Under the pieces are notes generated by a model, which was given only the letters and a program-made list of their open reading frames with translations, ran no database searches and was not told where the DNA came from. Position numbers and translations under genes: made by a program. This document shows, one piece after another, positions 1 through 10,095 of a stretch of DNA of 24,000 nt. Each line of letters begins with the position of its first letter. Position 1 is the stretch's first letter. Source of the DNA: Amoebophilaceae bacterium (GTDB lineage: Bacteria; Bacteroidota; Bacteroidia; Cytophagales; Amoebophilaceae); the NCBI GenBank assembly GCA_011524725.1, contig WTJV01000008.1, forward strand, positions 1-24,000, in the 5' to 3' direction.

Positions 1-215
1 GGGCGTGAGCTTGGTGCCGCGTCAGGCGCAAAGCGAGGCACTGTCTGAGCACACCGCAGGGGTGCGAGTTTGGCTCGTCTGCGCCTAAGAGCAAGCCAAG
101 GTAGGCCGGTTCCCTCAGCGGTGACTTTTTTCGGTTCCTTTTTGTGTGGTAGACAAAAAGGAACGCCCGCCCGGCGAGGGCAAACTACGTAGGCCTCGCT
201 GAGTATTAAGTTTAG
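1..215 (+). repeat. GC-rich intergenic repeat, copy A (truncated by window edge); contains an 11-bp-stem hairpin gttcctttttg/caaaaaggaac at about 127-160
   Basis: Blocks are shared with 9720-9965 in the same orientation (ctgagcac..., caagg..gccggttc..., ttttgtggtaga...ggacgcc). Its 3' end (aggcctcgctgagtattaag) matches 20086-20130 as a reverse complement. Confidence 0.5.
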
Positions 216-284
216 AAATGAGTTCTTAAGGCTCAACTATAATAATAGGAATAAACAACAACGTATGTTGTTTGAAGTCTTGTA

Positions 285-2123
285 TTATTCTTGAAAAAGG
301 GTCTTGATATTTTCCAGAGTTATCACTAGAAAGGTTTTACGGCCGTCTGGTGTATGACCAGGATGCTTACAAGCAAAAAGCTGATCTACGAGCACGTTTA
401 TCTCTTCTTTGTGTAGTTTCTTACCTGGTTGAATACATGCACGTTTAGCGAGAGAGCGAGCTAGATTTTCTTGTACAGTCAGTGAGCAATGAGCTTTATT
501 CCACTTAAACTGTTCGATTAGTCCTTCCAAAAGCTGCTTCAAGTCATGATCTGCAGCTTCTGGAGGGCAGCCTGTGACAATAAGACTACCCTTCCCAAAA
601 GAAGCTAAGGTAAATCCTAGGGTATGTATATCTGTTGTATGATCCTGGAGTATGGCCATATCCGCAGGATTGAGGGGGATTTGTACGGGAAAAAGTAACT
701 GTTGTGCGCTTCGTTGCTGGTTATTTAATAGCGGTTCTAGATACTGCTCGTACAAAATACGTTCATGGGCCGCATGCTGGTCAATAAGCAAAATTCCTGA
801 CTTTAGCTGTGTCAGAATGTAGCACTCGTGAAGTTGTGTCTTGATAACGTCGTTGGTCATCGCTTCCTCCATTACGGAGTCTTGGGGGGTAAGCGTGTCA
901 GCCGTATTGGCTTGTGAGTGTGTAATAGTGGAGTCGCCCGCAACGTCGGCTGGAGTGGAGGTTAAGTTCTGAAATATTTTCTCCCAATCTTTAGTGCTGC
1001 CCTGCTGGGGTGCTTTCGTGCTTTTGAATTGGGCATAACTCCTTTCTGTGGCAGAGCTTATGGGAGATACTTTGGTAGACGAAGTAAAAGGACTGAAATT
1101 GATATTCTGCTCAAAGTCGATGGAGGGAATGATTTGGTGCGTGGCTAGGGTCCTTTTGACTGCTGCAGACAAAATAGAATAGACCATCCGTTCGTCTTCA
1201 AACTTAATTTCTGTTTTAGTGGGATGGACATTCACGTCGATGCGAGCAGGTGCTATATCAATAAAAAATACATAGAAAGGAAAAGCATTGTTAGGCAGTA
1301 GGTCGCCGAATGCACTTTTAACTGCGTGGTGTAGATAAACGTTTTTAATAAAACGTTGATTGACGAAAAAAAACTGTTCTCCGCGTGTTTTCTTAGCTTG
1401 CTCTGGTTTGCCAATGTAACCCCTAATTTTGAGTATCTCTGTTTCTTCTTGACAAGGGATGAGCTGCTTTTTATATGTCTCCCCAAAGAGGTGGATGATA
1501 CGGTGGCTGAGTTGGGAGGTTGGTAGCTGATAGGTAGCTGATTGGTTCTGATAGAGCGAAAAAGCTATCTCAGGCTGTACTAGGGCCGCTCGCTGAAACT
1601 CATCGATGATATGCCTAGTTTCAATAGGATGCGATTTTAAAAAATTTCTACGAGCGGGCACATTGAAGAAAAGATTCTTCACACTGACTTTAGTACCTTG
1701 AGGAGCAGAAATAGGGACTTGGGTCTTTACGTGAGCGCCTTCAATGACGATACGTGTGCCTAATGCCTCTTGCTGGTAGCAAGTTTCTAGCTCCACCTGG
1801 GCTACAGCAGCAATAGAAGCTAATGCTTCGCCTCGGAAACCCATCGTCCTGATCCTGAAAAGATCTTCTGCTGTGTTTATTTTGGAAGTAGCATGTTTCT
1901 CAAAGCTCATCCTAGCATCTACATCTGACATGCCCATTCCATTGTCGATCACCTGTATCAAGGCTTTACCTGCCTCTTTGATAATCACCTTGATAGCAGT
2001 ACTACCTGCGTCAATGGCATTCTCTAGAAGCTCTTTGACTACAGAGGCAGGCCTTTGTACTACTTCGCCAGCAGCAATCTGGTTGGCAAGAGTATCTGGA
2101 AGCAAGCGAATTCGGTTGGACAT
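285..2123 (-). CDS. mutL: DNA mismatch repair protein MutL
   Basis: 612-aa ORF. The N-terminus IRLLPDTLANQIAAGEVVQRPASVVKELLENAIDAG is the GHKL ATPase signature of MutL. DNGMGM and FRGEAL motifs are present, followed by a C-terminal dimerisation region. Confidence 0.95.
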   Translation of the reverse strand: MSNRIRLLPDTLANQIAAGEVVQRPASVVKELLENAIDAGSTAIKVIIKEAGKALIQVIDNGMGMSDVDARMSFEKHATSKINTAEDLFRIRTMGFRGEALASIAAVAQVELETCYQQEALGTRIVIEGAHVKTQVPISAPQGTKVSVKNLFFNVPARRNFLKSHPIETRHIIDEFQRAALVQPEIAFSLYQNQSATYQLPTSQLSHRIIHLFGETYKKQLIPCQEETEILKIRGYIGKPEQAKKTRGEQFFFVNQRFIKNVYLHHAVKSAFGDLLPNNAFPFYVFFIDIAPARIDVNVHPTKTEIKFEDERMVYSILSAAVKRTLATHQIIPSIDFEQNINFSPFTSSTKVSPISSATERSYAQFKSTKAPQQGSTKDWEKIFQNLTSTPADVAGDSTITHSQANTADTLTPQDSVMEEAMTNDVIKTQLHECYILTQLKSGILLIDQHAAHERILYEQYLEPLLNNQQRSAQQLLFPVQIPLNPADMAILQDHTTDIHTLGFTLASFGKGSLIVTGCPPEAADHDLKQLLEGLIEQFKWNKAHCSLTVQENLARSLAKRACIQPGKKLHKEEINVLVDQLFACKHPGHTPDGRKTFLVITLENIKTLFQE

Positions 2124-2555
2124 ATCGAGAACGAAGCGTATAAAGCCAAATTTCGGATTGAGTATGCAAGCTGAGAATCACTAGCGATTTATATAGTCGC
2201 CACGCCCTTCTTGCTTCTTAAGCAAGAGAGCAATTGGATGTATTACTAATTTTCAACAGGCAATTTGTTCAGGAGTAATCTCAGCAAGCATTCGATTAAT
2301 GTAACCGTTATAGTTTAAACTCCATATTTCTAGCAATGTCCTGTAAGGCATGTAGCTATAATTTCTTGACTCGTTAAGGCAATGAGACTCGACAGTGTCT
2401 AAAAAAATGGTATAATGATTGTCTATTGGGACAATGACAGTATGCAAAACAGTACATGCTGCACTAAAACAGCATGGTAGGTAGCGGTTGCATTTTCACA
2501 ATGCAGCTCGAACAATTGCCTCCGTAAGGGTGCGCCAATGCCATAGTTGACCCAG

Positions 2556-2630
2556 GGTGATAGACGGGGCTCGAACCCGCGACCTCTGGTACCACAAACC
2601 AGCGCTCTAACCAACTGAGCTACAATCACC
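2556..2630 (-). tRNA. tRNA-His (anticodon GUG)
   Basis: Hand-folded cloverleaf on the minus strand: g-gtgattg-ta-gctc-agttggtta-gagc-g-ctggt-TTGTGGT-accag-aggtc-gcggg-ttcgagc-cccgt-ctatcac-c. The extra 5' G (G-1) is typical of tRNA-His. CCA is not encoded. Confidence 0.9.
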
Positions 2631-2799
2631 ATAAAACTTTATGCGCTATGCACCACTGTGCGTAGCACAATCTCCAAAGGAAATAAAAAATAGGCGACTT
2701 GCCAACGCCCTTTTGTAGTCTTCACGACACAAGACTCCTGCTTCTAGGTCGTACAGGCTATTTACAAATTGTTATCTTTGTTATACAAAACCATTTGTG

Positions 2800-3858
2800 A
2801 TGTCTTACAACAACGTTGTAACCCTCTTAGGTGCTAGTGCCGAAGATCTACTCACACATCGTTGTGAAACTATCCCCAAAGCACAATTATCTTTGCCGAG
2901 TTCTAGCGTGGTAGACGAGGTATTCCTGCCTTCCAACAGGAATACGCAGGTCTTAAAGAGTTTGGCTGCCCTCTTTGAGCATGGACGTTTGGCACGTACA
3001 GGCTACCTCTCCATCTTACCCGTAGACCAAGGAGTAGAGCATACAGCAGGAGCTTCTTTTGCCTTGAACCCTGACTACTTTAATCCTGAAAACATAGTGA
3101 AACTAGCCCTTGAAGGAGGATGTAGTGCGGTGGCAACTACTTTTGGCGCCTTGGCGCTAGTATCGCGAAAGTATGCCCACAAGGTTCCTTTTATTGTCAA
3201 GATCAACCATAATGAACTGCTTACTTATCCCAATAAGTATGATCAGACACTTTTTGGCACGGTAGAAGAAGCTTGGAATCTGGGGGCTACGGCAGTAGGC
3301 GCTACCATATACTTTGGTTCGGAAGAATCTAATCGTCAATTAGTAGAAGTAACTGCAGCTTTTGAGAAGGCCCATGCGCTCGGTATGGCCACTATTCTGT
3401 GGTGCTATGTTAGAAATACTACGTTCAAGACGGAGGAAACGGATTATCAGGTGGCTGCTGATATTACAGGCCAAGCCAATTATTTAGGAGCGACCCTCCA
3501 AGCAGATCTGATTAAGCAAAAATTACCTGATGTGAATGGTGGCTTCAAGGTGCTTGGTTTTGGAAAAACACACCCCAAGATGTATGAACAGCTTACTACA
3601 GCACACCCTATAGACCTTTGCCGTTATCAAGTCGCGAACTGCTACATGGGAAGGGTAGGGCTTATCAGCTCTGGGGGGGCGTCTCAGGGGACTACAGACT
3701 TGGCAGAAGCCACTCGTACCGCTGTGATCAATAAAAGAGCAGGAGGTATGGGCCTAATTATGGGCAGAAAGGCCTTTCAGAAGCCGATGCAAGAAGGCAT
3801 CGCCTTGTTGCATGCGGTGCAAGATGTATACTTAGCAAAAGAAGTAACCGTGGCTTAG
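2800..3858 (+). CDS. fbaB: Class I fructose-bisphosphate aldolase (FbaB/DhnA family)
   Basis: Collinear with my recollection of E. coli Fba[76 protein letters not shown]. The ATG at 2800 is preferred over the GTG at 2797. Confidence 0.9.
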   Translation: MSYNNVVTLLGASAEDLLTHRCETIPKAQLSLPSSSVVDEVFLPSNRNTQVLKSLAALFEHGRLARTGYLSILPVDQGVEHTAGASFALNPDYFNPENIVKLALEGGCSAVATTFGALALVSRKYAHKVPFIVKINHNELLTYPNKYDQTLFGTVEEAWNLGATAVGATIYFGSEESNRQLVEVTAAFEKAHALGMATILWCYVRNTTFKTEETDYQVAADITGQANYLGATLQADLIKQKLPDVNGGFKVLGFGKTHPKMYEQLTTAHPIDLCRYQVANCYMGRVGLISSGGASQGTTDLAEATRTAVINKRAGGMGLIMGRKAFQKPMQEGIALLHAVQDVYLAKEVTVA

Positions 3859-3894
3859 AAGGCAACATAGTATAATGTAAGATAAAAGACACCT

Positions 3895-4737
3895 ATGGCT
3901 TGGTTTAAGAGAAAGAAAAAAGGAATCCTGACGCCCACAGCGGATAAACGGGAAGGCCCCGATGGTCTCTGGCATAAGACACCTCAGGGAAAGATCATAC
4001 ATACCCAAACGCTGAAAGACAATGCCTATGTATCTCTCGAAGATGGATACCATGTGCGCATAGGTTCCCAAGAATATTTTGAGATTCTATTTGATGAGCA
4101 CTGCTTTACTGAGCTCGCTCCCCAACTTACCTCTGCCGACCCATTGCAATTTGTAGACAGTAAGCCTTATGCCCAGCGTTTAAAAGCAGCCCAAGAGAAG
4201 ACACAACTCAAAGATGCCATCAGGGTAGCACATGGTCACATGAATGGTCTGAAGCTTGTGATTGCTTGCATGGACTTCAGCTTTATTGGGGGGTCTATGG
4301 GTTCGGTCGTGGGCGAGAAGATTGCCAAAGCCATCGACTATGCTTTGAAGCATCGCACTCCTTTGCTCATCATCGCTAAGTCGGGTGGAGCACGTATGAT
4401 GGAAGCAGGTTTTTCTTTGATGCAAATGGCCAAGACTTCAGCCAAATTACTATTATTATCAGAAGCCAAGGTCCCGTATATCTCGCTTCTTACAGATCCT
4501 ACTACTGGCGGTGTTAGTGCGTCCTTTGCTATGCTGGGCGACTTTAATATCGCTGAGCCCGGAGCGTTGATTGGCTTTGCAGGCCCCCGGGTCATTCGGG
4601 AGACCATTGGCAAGGACTTGCCTAAAGGTTTTCAGAGTTCAGAGTTTGTCCTGGAGCATGGCTTTCTGGACTTTATTGTAGATCGGAGAGAATTGAAGAA
4701 GACGCTGACGCAATTACTGCAGATGTTACAAGACTAG
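3895..4737 (+). CDS. accD: Acetyl-CoA carboxylase carboxyltransferase beta subunit
   Basis: 280 aa. It has the [11 protein letters not shown]-terminus and the [16 protein letters not shown] and [18 protein letters not shown] carboxyltransferase motifs. It lacks the N-terminal Cys4 zinc finger, which as I recall is usual for Bacteroidota AccD. Confidence 0.92.
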   Translation: MAWFKRKKKGILTPTADKREGPDGLWHKTPQGKIIHTQTLKDNAYVSLEDGYHVRIGSQEYFEILFDEHCFTELAPQLTSADPLQFVDSKPYAQRLKAAQEKTQLKDAIRVAHGHMNGLKLVIACMDFSFIGGSMGSVVGEKIAKAIDYALKHRTPLLIIAKSGGARMMEAGFSLMQMAKTSAKLLLLSEAKVPYISLLTDPTTGGVSASFAMLGDFNIAEPGALIGFAGPRVIRETIGKDLPKGFQSSEFVLEHGFLDFIVDRRELKKTLTQLLQMLQD

Positions 4738-5102
4738 GAGTACTATGTTAAAAATTGTCGTACACCCAACTTACAGGGAAGTATTTTTAGGGATAGGACG
4801 AAATTTTGTATATTCCCTTCTCCCTCTTCAATACGCCTAGACAAGACCCTCGCCAAAGCGTTACGGCCTAATTGATTGCATCGTGCTTTCAACAACGCAG
4901 ACTACTAGAGCTTGCTACATAAGCGCAAAAATTTACCGCCTTGGGTTTATAAAGCAAGACAGCGATATGGGTATAGAAACGCTTTAAGCTAAGCGCAGAA
5001 AACCGACTAAAGCCCTTAAGGTTGCTTATCCTAGGAGTAACAACTCCCAATACTGTAGAGATGCTCATAGGATTCACTAACTTAGAGGGTCGATAATGTA
5101 TA

Positions 5103-6848
5103 ATGGCATCCAGTATTCCTATTCAGTCGCCCGACACACCCACGCAGCCCAACAAGAGATGGCTCTTCCGCCCCCTACCTACAGCCGATCAGGTTGGCGT
5201 ACTCTCTTCTGATCTGGGTATCCACCCGGCGCTTTGCACCTTACTCGCCCAAAGAGGTATTTCCAGCTTTGACCAGGCCAAGTCCTATTTTCGACCTTCC
5301 TTAGATGCCTTACATGATCCTTTTCTCATGAAAGATACCGACAGAGCAGTCCGTCGTTTGTCTAAGGCTATGGCCAGTAAGGAACGTATTTTGGTCTACG
5401 GCGACTATGATGTAGATGGTGTGACGTCAGTGGCGATGTTTTATGGCTTTTTAAAATCGCTGAATTTACCTGTCGACTTCTACATTCCAGATCGTTATGC
5501 AGAGGGTTATGGTATTTCTACGCAGGCTATTCAGTGGGCGGCTAAGGCCGGCTTTAAACTTATCGTGAGTCTAGACTGCGGCATTAGGGCTGTCAAGAAT
5601 ATACAACTCGCCAACGAGTTAGGGATGGATGTGATTGTATCGGATCATCATGAGCCAGGTGATACCTTGCCCGATGCTTACGCCATCCTCAATCCCAAAA
5701 GGCAAGATTGCACGTACCCTACCCAAGCCTTGTCGGGGTGCGGGGTAGGGTTTAAACTACTCCAAGCGTTAACGTTGTATCAACAGCTCCCCGTAGTCAG
5801 GCTCTATGATCAACTAGATCTTGTCGCTATTAGTATTGCTTGTGACATCGTCCCTATTGTAGAGGAAAATAGAATATTGGCCTATCATGGCCTCCAAAAG
5901 TTAAACACTTCGCTGAGACCTGGACTGAATGCTTTGATTCAAGTCGGTAATGTGACGCTACCTTTATGTATCTCAAAGCTTGCCTTTAGGTTGGGCCCAC
6001 GGATCAATGCGGCAGGTAGAATGGACCGAGCACACTTAGCTGTTCAGCTGTTATTGGCAAAGAGCCAGTCAGAAGCGACCCATCTTGCCGCGTCCCTTAA
6101 CGAGAAGAATGACCTTAGAAGAGATGTGGATAGCAAGATGACCGAAGAAGCGGTACACATGATCCGCACTAACCCTAAGCGCATGCGGGCAAGAACAACA
6201 GTGTTGTTCAAAGATGACTGGCACAAAGGAGTGGTGGGTATCGTTGCTTCGCGTTGCATCGAGCAATACTACCGCCCTACAGTCATCCTAACAGCTGCGC
6301 ATGGTAAGGCTACGGGGTCGGCCCGTTCTGTAGCGGGCTATAATGTATACCAGGCCCTTTCGGCATGTGCCGACTTGTTAGATCAGTATGGTGGCCATGC
6401 CTATGCGGCGGGACTTACCTTACCTATTGAGCATGTGACAGCCTTTCAACAACGGTTCGAAGAAGTGGTCGCTAGTAATATCACAGAGGAGTTGCTGATC
6501 CCTCCTCAGGAGATTGACCTACCCCTTGCACTTGAGGAAATCAATTTTAAGTTTTACAACATCCTGAAGCAGATGGCTCCCTTTGGAACGGGTAATATGA
6601 AGACGGTATTTGCTACAGAAAACCTGATAGCTAGAAAATATACCATTCTCAAAGGGCAACACCTCAAGCTGTGTGTGCACCAAAAAGGCTCCTCACATGT
6701 CTTAGAAGCTATTGGGTTTGGTATGGCGCACCATGAACTCCTCGTAAGTATGCAGCAACCTTTTAGAATGGTCTACACCATAGAAGAAAATAATTATTGG
6801 GGAGAGCGTAATTTGCAGTTAAATATCAGAGACCTGCAGGCAATGTAA
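5103..6848 (+). CDS. recJ: Single-stranded-DNA-specific exonuclease RecJ
   Basis: 581 aa. DHH motifs are present ([22 protein letters not shown]), plus a DHHA1 region (GGHAYAAG). Confidence 0.93.
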   Translation: MASSIPIQSPDTPTQPNKRWLFRPLPTADQVGVLSSDLGIHPALCTLLAQRGISSFDQAKSYFRPSLDALHDPFLMKDTDRAVRRLSKAMASKERILVYGDYDVDGVTSVAMFYGFLKSLNLPVDFYIPDRYAEGYGISTQAIQWAAKAGFKLIVSLDCGIRAVKNIQLANELGMDVIVSDHHEPGDTLPDAYAILNPKRQDCTYPTQALSGCGVGFKLLQALTLYQQLPVVRLYDQLDLVAISIACDIVPIVEENRILAYHGLQKLNTSLRPGLNALIQVGNVTLPLCISKLAFRLGPRINAAGRMDRAHLAVQLLLAKSQSEATHLAASLNEKNDLRRDVDSKMTEEAVHMIRTNPKRMRARTTVLFKDDWHKGVVGIVASRCIEQYYRPTVILTAAHGKATGSARSVAGYNVYQALSACADLLDQYGGHAYAAGLTLPIEHVTAFQQRFEEVVASNITEELLIPPQEIDLPLALEEINFKFYNILKQMAPFGTGNMKTVFATENLIARKYTILKGQHLKLCVHQKGSSHVLEAIGFGMAHHELLVSMQQPFRMVYTIEENNYWGERNLQLNIRDLQAM

Positions 6849-6891
6849 GCACGATTGCTTTAACTTTGTCTACTTAAGAAGAGATACACCT

Positions 6892-7623
6892 ATGCAGCTT
6901 CGTGCCGAGAACTTAGTTAAGCAATACAAGGGCCATTCGGTTGTTCGGGGTGTTTCTCCTGCTGTGTCTCAGGGTGAAATCGTCGGCTTATTGGGTCCTA
7001 ATGGCGCTGGCAAGACCACTACTTTCTATATGATTGTAGGATTGGTGAAACCCAACGTAGGAGAAGTATACTTAAATGAAGAGCGTATTACAGCACTCCC
7101 ACTATACAAGCGGGCACAAAAGGGCATTAGTTATCTGCCCCAAGAAGCTTCTGTCTTTCGTAATCTCACGGTAGAGGAAAACCTGATGGCTGTCTTGGAG
7201 ATGACTAATCTTCCGAAAAAAGAGCAAAAAGAAAAAATGGAATCGTTGCTCGAAGAGTTTAGCATTACCCATATCAGAAAGAACAAAGGAATGGTCTTGT
7301 CTGGCGGAGAGCGCAGGAGGACCGAGATCGCCAGGGCGTTAGCCATTAACCCCAAGTTCGTACTCCTCGATGAGCCGTTTGCTGGGGTAGATCCTATTGC
7401 TGTAGAGGAAATTCAGATACTCATAGGACAGTTGAAAAACAAAAATATTGGCATCCTCATTACTGACCATAATGTCAATGAAACACTTTCCATTACCGAT
7501 CGCGCTTATCTTATGTTTGAGGGTAGTCTCCTCAAATCAGGTACCGCTGAGGAGTTGGCTGAGGATGAAAAGGTGCGGAAGGTATACTTGGGCAAAAATT
7601 TTGAATTGAGGAGAAGGATGTAG
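6892..7623 (+). CDS. lptB: LPS export ABC transporter ATP-binding protein LptB
   Basis: 243 aa. Walker [10 protein letters not shown], signature LSGGERRR, Walker [12 protein letters not shown]. The length and the C-terminal KVRKVYLG are typical of LptB. Confidence 0.88.
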   Translation: MQLRAENLVKQYKGHSVVRGVSPAVSQGEIVGLLGPNGAGKTTTFYMIVGLVKPNVGEVYLNEERITALPLYKRAQKGISYLPQEASVFRNLTVEENLMAVLEMTNLPKKEQKEKMESLLEEFSITHIRKNKGMVLSGGERRRTEIARALAINPKFVLLDEPFAGVDPIAVEEIQILIGQLKNKNIGILITDHNVNETLSITDRAYLMFEGSLLKSGTAEELAEDEKVRKVYLGKNFELRRRM

Positions 7624-7683
7624 TAGATCGCTGGCCCACCGACACCATTAGCGTATGCACTAGGCTACTACAGTTCTTGCAAT

Positions 7684-8412
7684 ATGTTCCACCAACTTCC
7701 TACTTTGACAAGAAAGAATATCCTTGTTTTCTTTTTCACCTTGAATGACTTGCTCAAAGATATTGCAGGCTTCTATGCGCTATTATCCAAAGATGAACAA
7801 AAGAAAGCACAGCGATTTTCCTTCGAAAAAGATAGCAATCAATACACACTAGCCCGTGGGGCGTTAAGAGTGTTATTAGGCCACTACCTCAATGTAGTAC
7901 CTCAAAGCCTTACGTTTTCTTACCATAAATACGGCAAACCCTATCTCGAAGATTTTCCTGAGATGCAATTTAATGTCTCCCATTCCCAAGAAATGGTCCT
8001 GTTGGCTTTGAATTATGAAGACCTGTTAGGTGTAGATATTGAGTACGAAGAAAGAAGCGTAGATGTAGATGGTATTGCCAGGCGCTTTTTCAATGACAAG
8101 GAATACGCGAGGTTACGCAACCTAGACGCAATCAACAAGAAGCGCCTTTTCTTTTATCAATGGACGGCCAAAGAAGCTTTTGTCAAAGCAATTGGAAGAG
8201 GTATAGCCTTTAATTTGAGAGATATCGAAATTGCCTCCGATGCAGAAGAGGAAATCAGGATAGTGAATCTTCACAATTCTAACGAAAATCCTGCAGACTG
8301 GATATTTTATACGCTTAGTCTTATCCCCAGGTATGTTGCTGTGCTAGCCACAAAAGCCTCATCCAAGGTTTTAGGGATCAAACACCTGGATCGATCGTTA
8401 GTCCAGCCTTAA
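7684..8412 (+). CDS. 4'-phosphopantetheinyl transferase (Sfp-type)
   Basis: 242 aa with FNVSHS, GVDIE and WTAKEAFVKAIG motifs, characteristic of the Sfp/EntD PPTase superfamily. Confidence 0.8.
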   Translation: MFHQLPTLTRKNILVFFFTLNDLLKDIAGFYALLSKDEQKKAQRFSFEKDSNQYTLARGALRVLLGHYLNVVPQSLTFSYHKYGKPYLEDFPEMQFNVSHSQEMVLLALNYEDLLGVDIEYEERSVDVDGIARRFFNDKEYARLRNLDAINKKRLFFYQWTAKEAFVKAIGRGIAFNLRDIEIASDAEEEIRIVNLHNSNENPADWIFYTLSLIPRYVAVLATKASSKVLGIKHLDRSLVQP

Positions 8413-8464
8413 CCAACACTTTCTATCTGCAGTTAACAAGGCAGTTTTTATTGCAGATTCGGAT

Positions 8465-9628
8465 ATGTATTCCGAATTTGCAATAATTATGGTAGATAGA
8501 AAAGACTATATCGATAAAGTGCATAACGCACTCCGAATTTTTCCAGTGTGTGCCCTGCTAGGTCCCCGGCAATGCGGCAAAACAACACTAGCACTGGCTA
8601 TTGGAGAACAGTTTGAAAATAGCCATAGATTTGACTTGGAAGATCTGTACGATCTATCACAATTAGATAATCCTAAATTAGCACTGGATGGTCTAAAAGG
8701 ACTGATTATCATTGACGAGATACAGCGAAGACCTGATCTATTTGCCTATTTAAGAGTCTTAGTAGATAACAATCCCGATGTTAGGTTATTGATTTTAGGA
8801 AGCGCGTCACACACGCTTATTCAACAATCTTCGGAGACCCTAGCGGGTAGAATCAAGTACATAGAACTCACTCCTTTTACACTCTACGAAGTAGCGGACT
8901 TATCCAAACTCTGGCTCAGAGGCGGATTCCCTAAATCCTATTTGGCATCGATAGACGAAGATAGTTATGAATGGCGTAAGGCTTACATAAAAACTTTTCT
9001 AGAAAAAGATATACCTCTGTTGGGATTCAAAATCTCGCCTTCTAAAATGCAGCAACTGTGGATAATGCTAGCTCATTATCATGGTAGTATACTCAATTAT
9101 AGTGAACTAGGGAGGTCTTTAGGCATTACAGATAAAACGATTAAGTTTTATATCGAGATATTAGAAAGTGCATTAATGGTACGTTATCTAAAGCCATGGT
9201 TCGAAAATAGTAAGAAAAGACAGGTCAAGGCACCTAAATTATACATCAGGGACAGTGGATTGCTACATGCCTTATTGAGCCTAAAAGGAAAAGAAATAAA
9301 CAGTCATCCCAAACTAGGTGCTTCTTGGGAAGGATTTGCTTTGGAAGAAGTTATCTTCTCACTTGGGTTAGATACTCATGAGTGTTACTACTGGCGCACA
9401 CAGACGGGTCATGAACTCGACTTGCTGGTATCGCAAGGCGCCAGGCGTATCGGCTATGAATTTAAGTATACAGATCGCCCCAAGCTAACTGCATCGATGC
9501 AGACGGCTATCAACGAACTAGCCTTATCAGAGTTAAGAATAGTGATCCCTGGTAATCCTAGCTTTCTATTGCGTGAACAAGTTAAAGTAATAGGATTAAA
9601 CAAGATCGCAGCACATGCTTTGCGCTAA
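8465..9628 (+). CDS. AAA-type ATPase with C-terminal DUF4143-like region (paralog 1)
   Basis: Walker A GPRQCGKTT and Walker B IIIDEIQ. Conserved SPSKMQQLW..LAHYHG and WEGFALEE blocks. By-eye identity to the ORF at 20264..21391 is roughly two thirds. The true start may be the internal Met at 8489. Confidence 0.8.
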   Translation: MYSEFAIIMVDRKDYIDKVHNALRIFPVCALLGPRQCGKTTLALAIGEQFENSHRFDLEDLYDLSQLDNPKLALDGLKGLIIIDEIQRRPDLFAYLRVLVDNNPDVRLLILGSASHTLIQQSSETLAGRIKYIELTPFTLYEVADLSKLWLRGGFPKSYLASIDEDSYEWRKAYIKTFLEKDIPLLGFKISPSKMQQLWIMLAHYHGSILNYSELGRSLGITDKTIKFYIEILESALMVRYLKPWFENSKKRQVKAPKLYIRDSGLLHALLSLKGKEINSHPKLGASWEGFALEEVIFSLGLDTHECYYWRTQTGHELDLLVSQGARRIGYEFKYTDRPKLTASMQTAINELALSELRIVIPGNPSFLLREQVKVIGLNKIAAHALR

Positions 9629-9719
9629 ACGCGATAATCAGATTCGAATCTTTCATCAGCTATATGGCTAAATAATTGCCCCTTAAAAAAGAGAGATTTC
9701 GTAATTCCCCTCCAAAACT

Positions 9720-9965
9720 CTGCAAAGCATGAGGGGCGTCTGGTCGGCGTAGCCCTACTTTTTTCCTTGGCTTTGGATACACTAAACGTGGAGAGCCCCA
9801 AAATCAGTCGCTGTGGTTCTGAGCACCCAAATCCTGGCCTGCGGCTGTGGATTTCTTAACGCATGCTCCACCAAGGCGCCGGTTCTTTGCGGGCGGTACG
9901 TGTACGTTGATTCTTACTTTTTTGTGGTAGAAAGCATGGACGCCTTCGTTGCCTATTAACGGTCC
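9720..9965 (+). repeat. GC-rich intergenic repeat, copy B (diverged)
   Basis: Same-orientation similarity to copy A at 1-215, for example ctgagcacc, caaggcgccggttc and ttttttgtggtagaaagcatggacgcc. It sits between the DUF4143 ATPase and the DGR target gene. Confidence 0.45.
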
Positions 9966-10095
9966 TTATTGATACAATTTTAGGACAATTTCCCGATTAT
10001 CCGGTCATGGCACTTGCTTATTAAAAAATATTCCCCTTCATTGAGCATGAGCTGATAGTCTAGCGTTAAGTCCGTGCTCATCAGCTCTGGTTGCG

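Noticed and set aside
2253-2447. The 64-aa minus-strand ORF between mutL and tRNA-His
   Set aside because: No recognisable motif, no evident ribosome-binding context, and short length. It cannot be supported from sequence alone and is left unannotated.
2423-2632. The 69-aa ORF over tRNA-His, and the 63-aa ORF 15757..15948 over tRNA-Pro
   Set aside because: Both are translations of tRNA genes (…AQLVRALV…GFEPR… and …GGSNPP…), which are classic spurious ORFs.
4738-5102. The 365-bp accD-recJ spacer, including the 62-aa ORF 4889..5077, as a possible ncRNA or small gene
   Set aside because: Only short hairpins are present (for example cgctt-aagct-aagcg). There is no match to conserved motifs I know for SRP RNA, RNase P RNA, tmRNA or riboswitches, and no basis for a call.
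9641-9660. The palindrome agattcgaatct as a tRNA T-arm fragment or att site matching the tRNA-Pro 3' end
   Set aside because: Only a ~10-nt loose resemblance to ggatttgaacc. This is too short and too mismatched to call a direct repeat without a genome-wide or statistical check.
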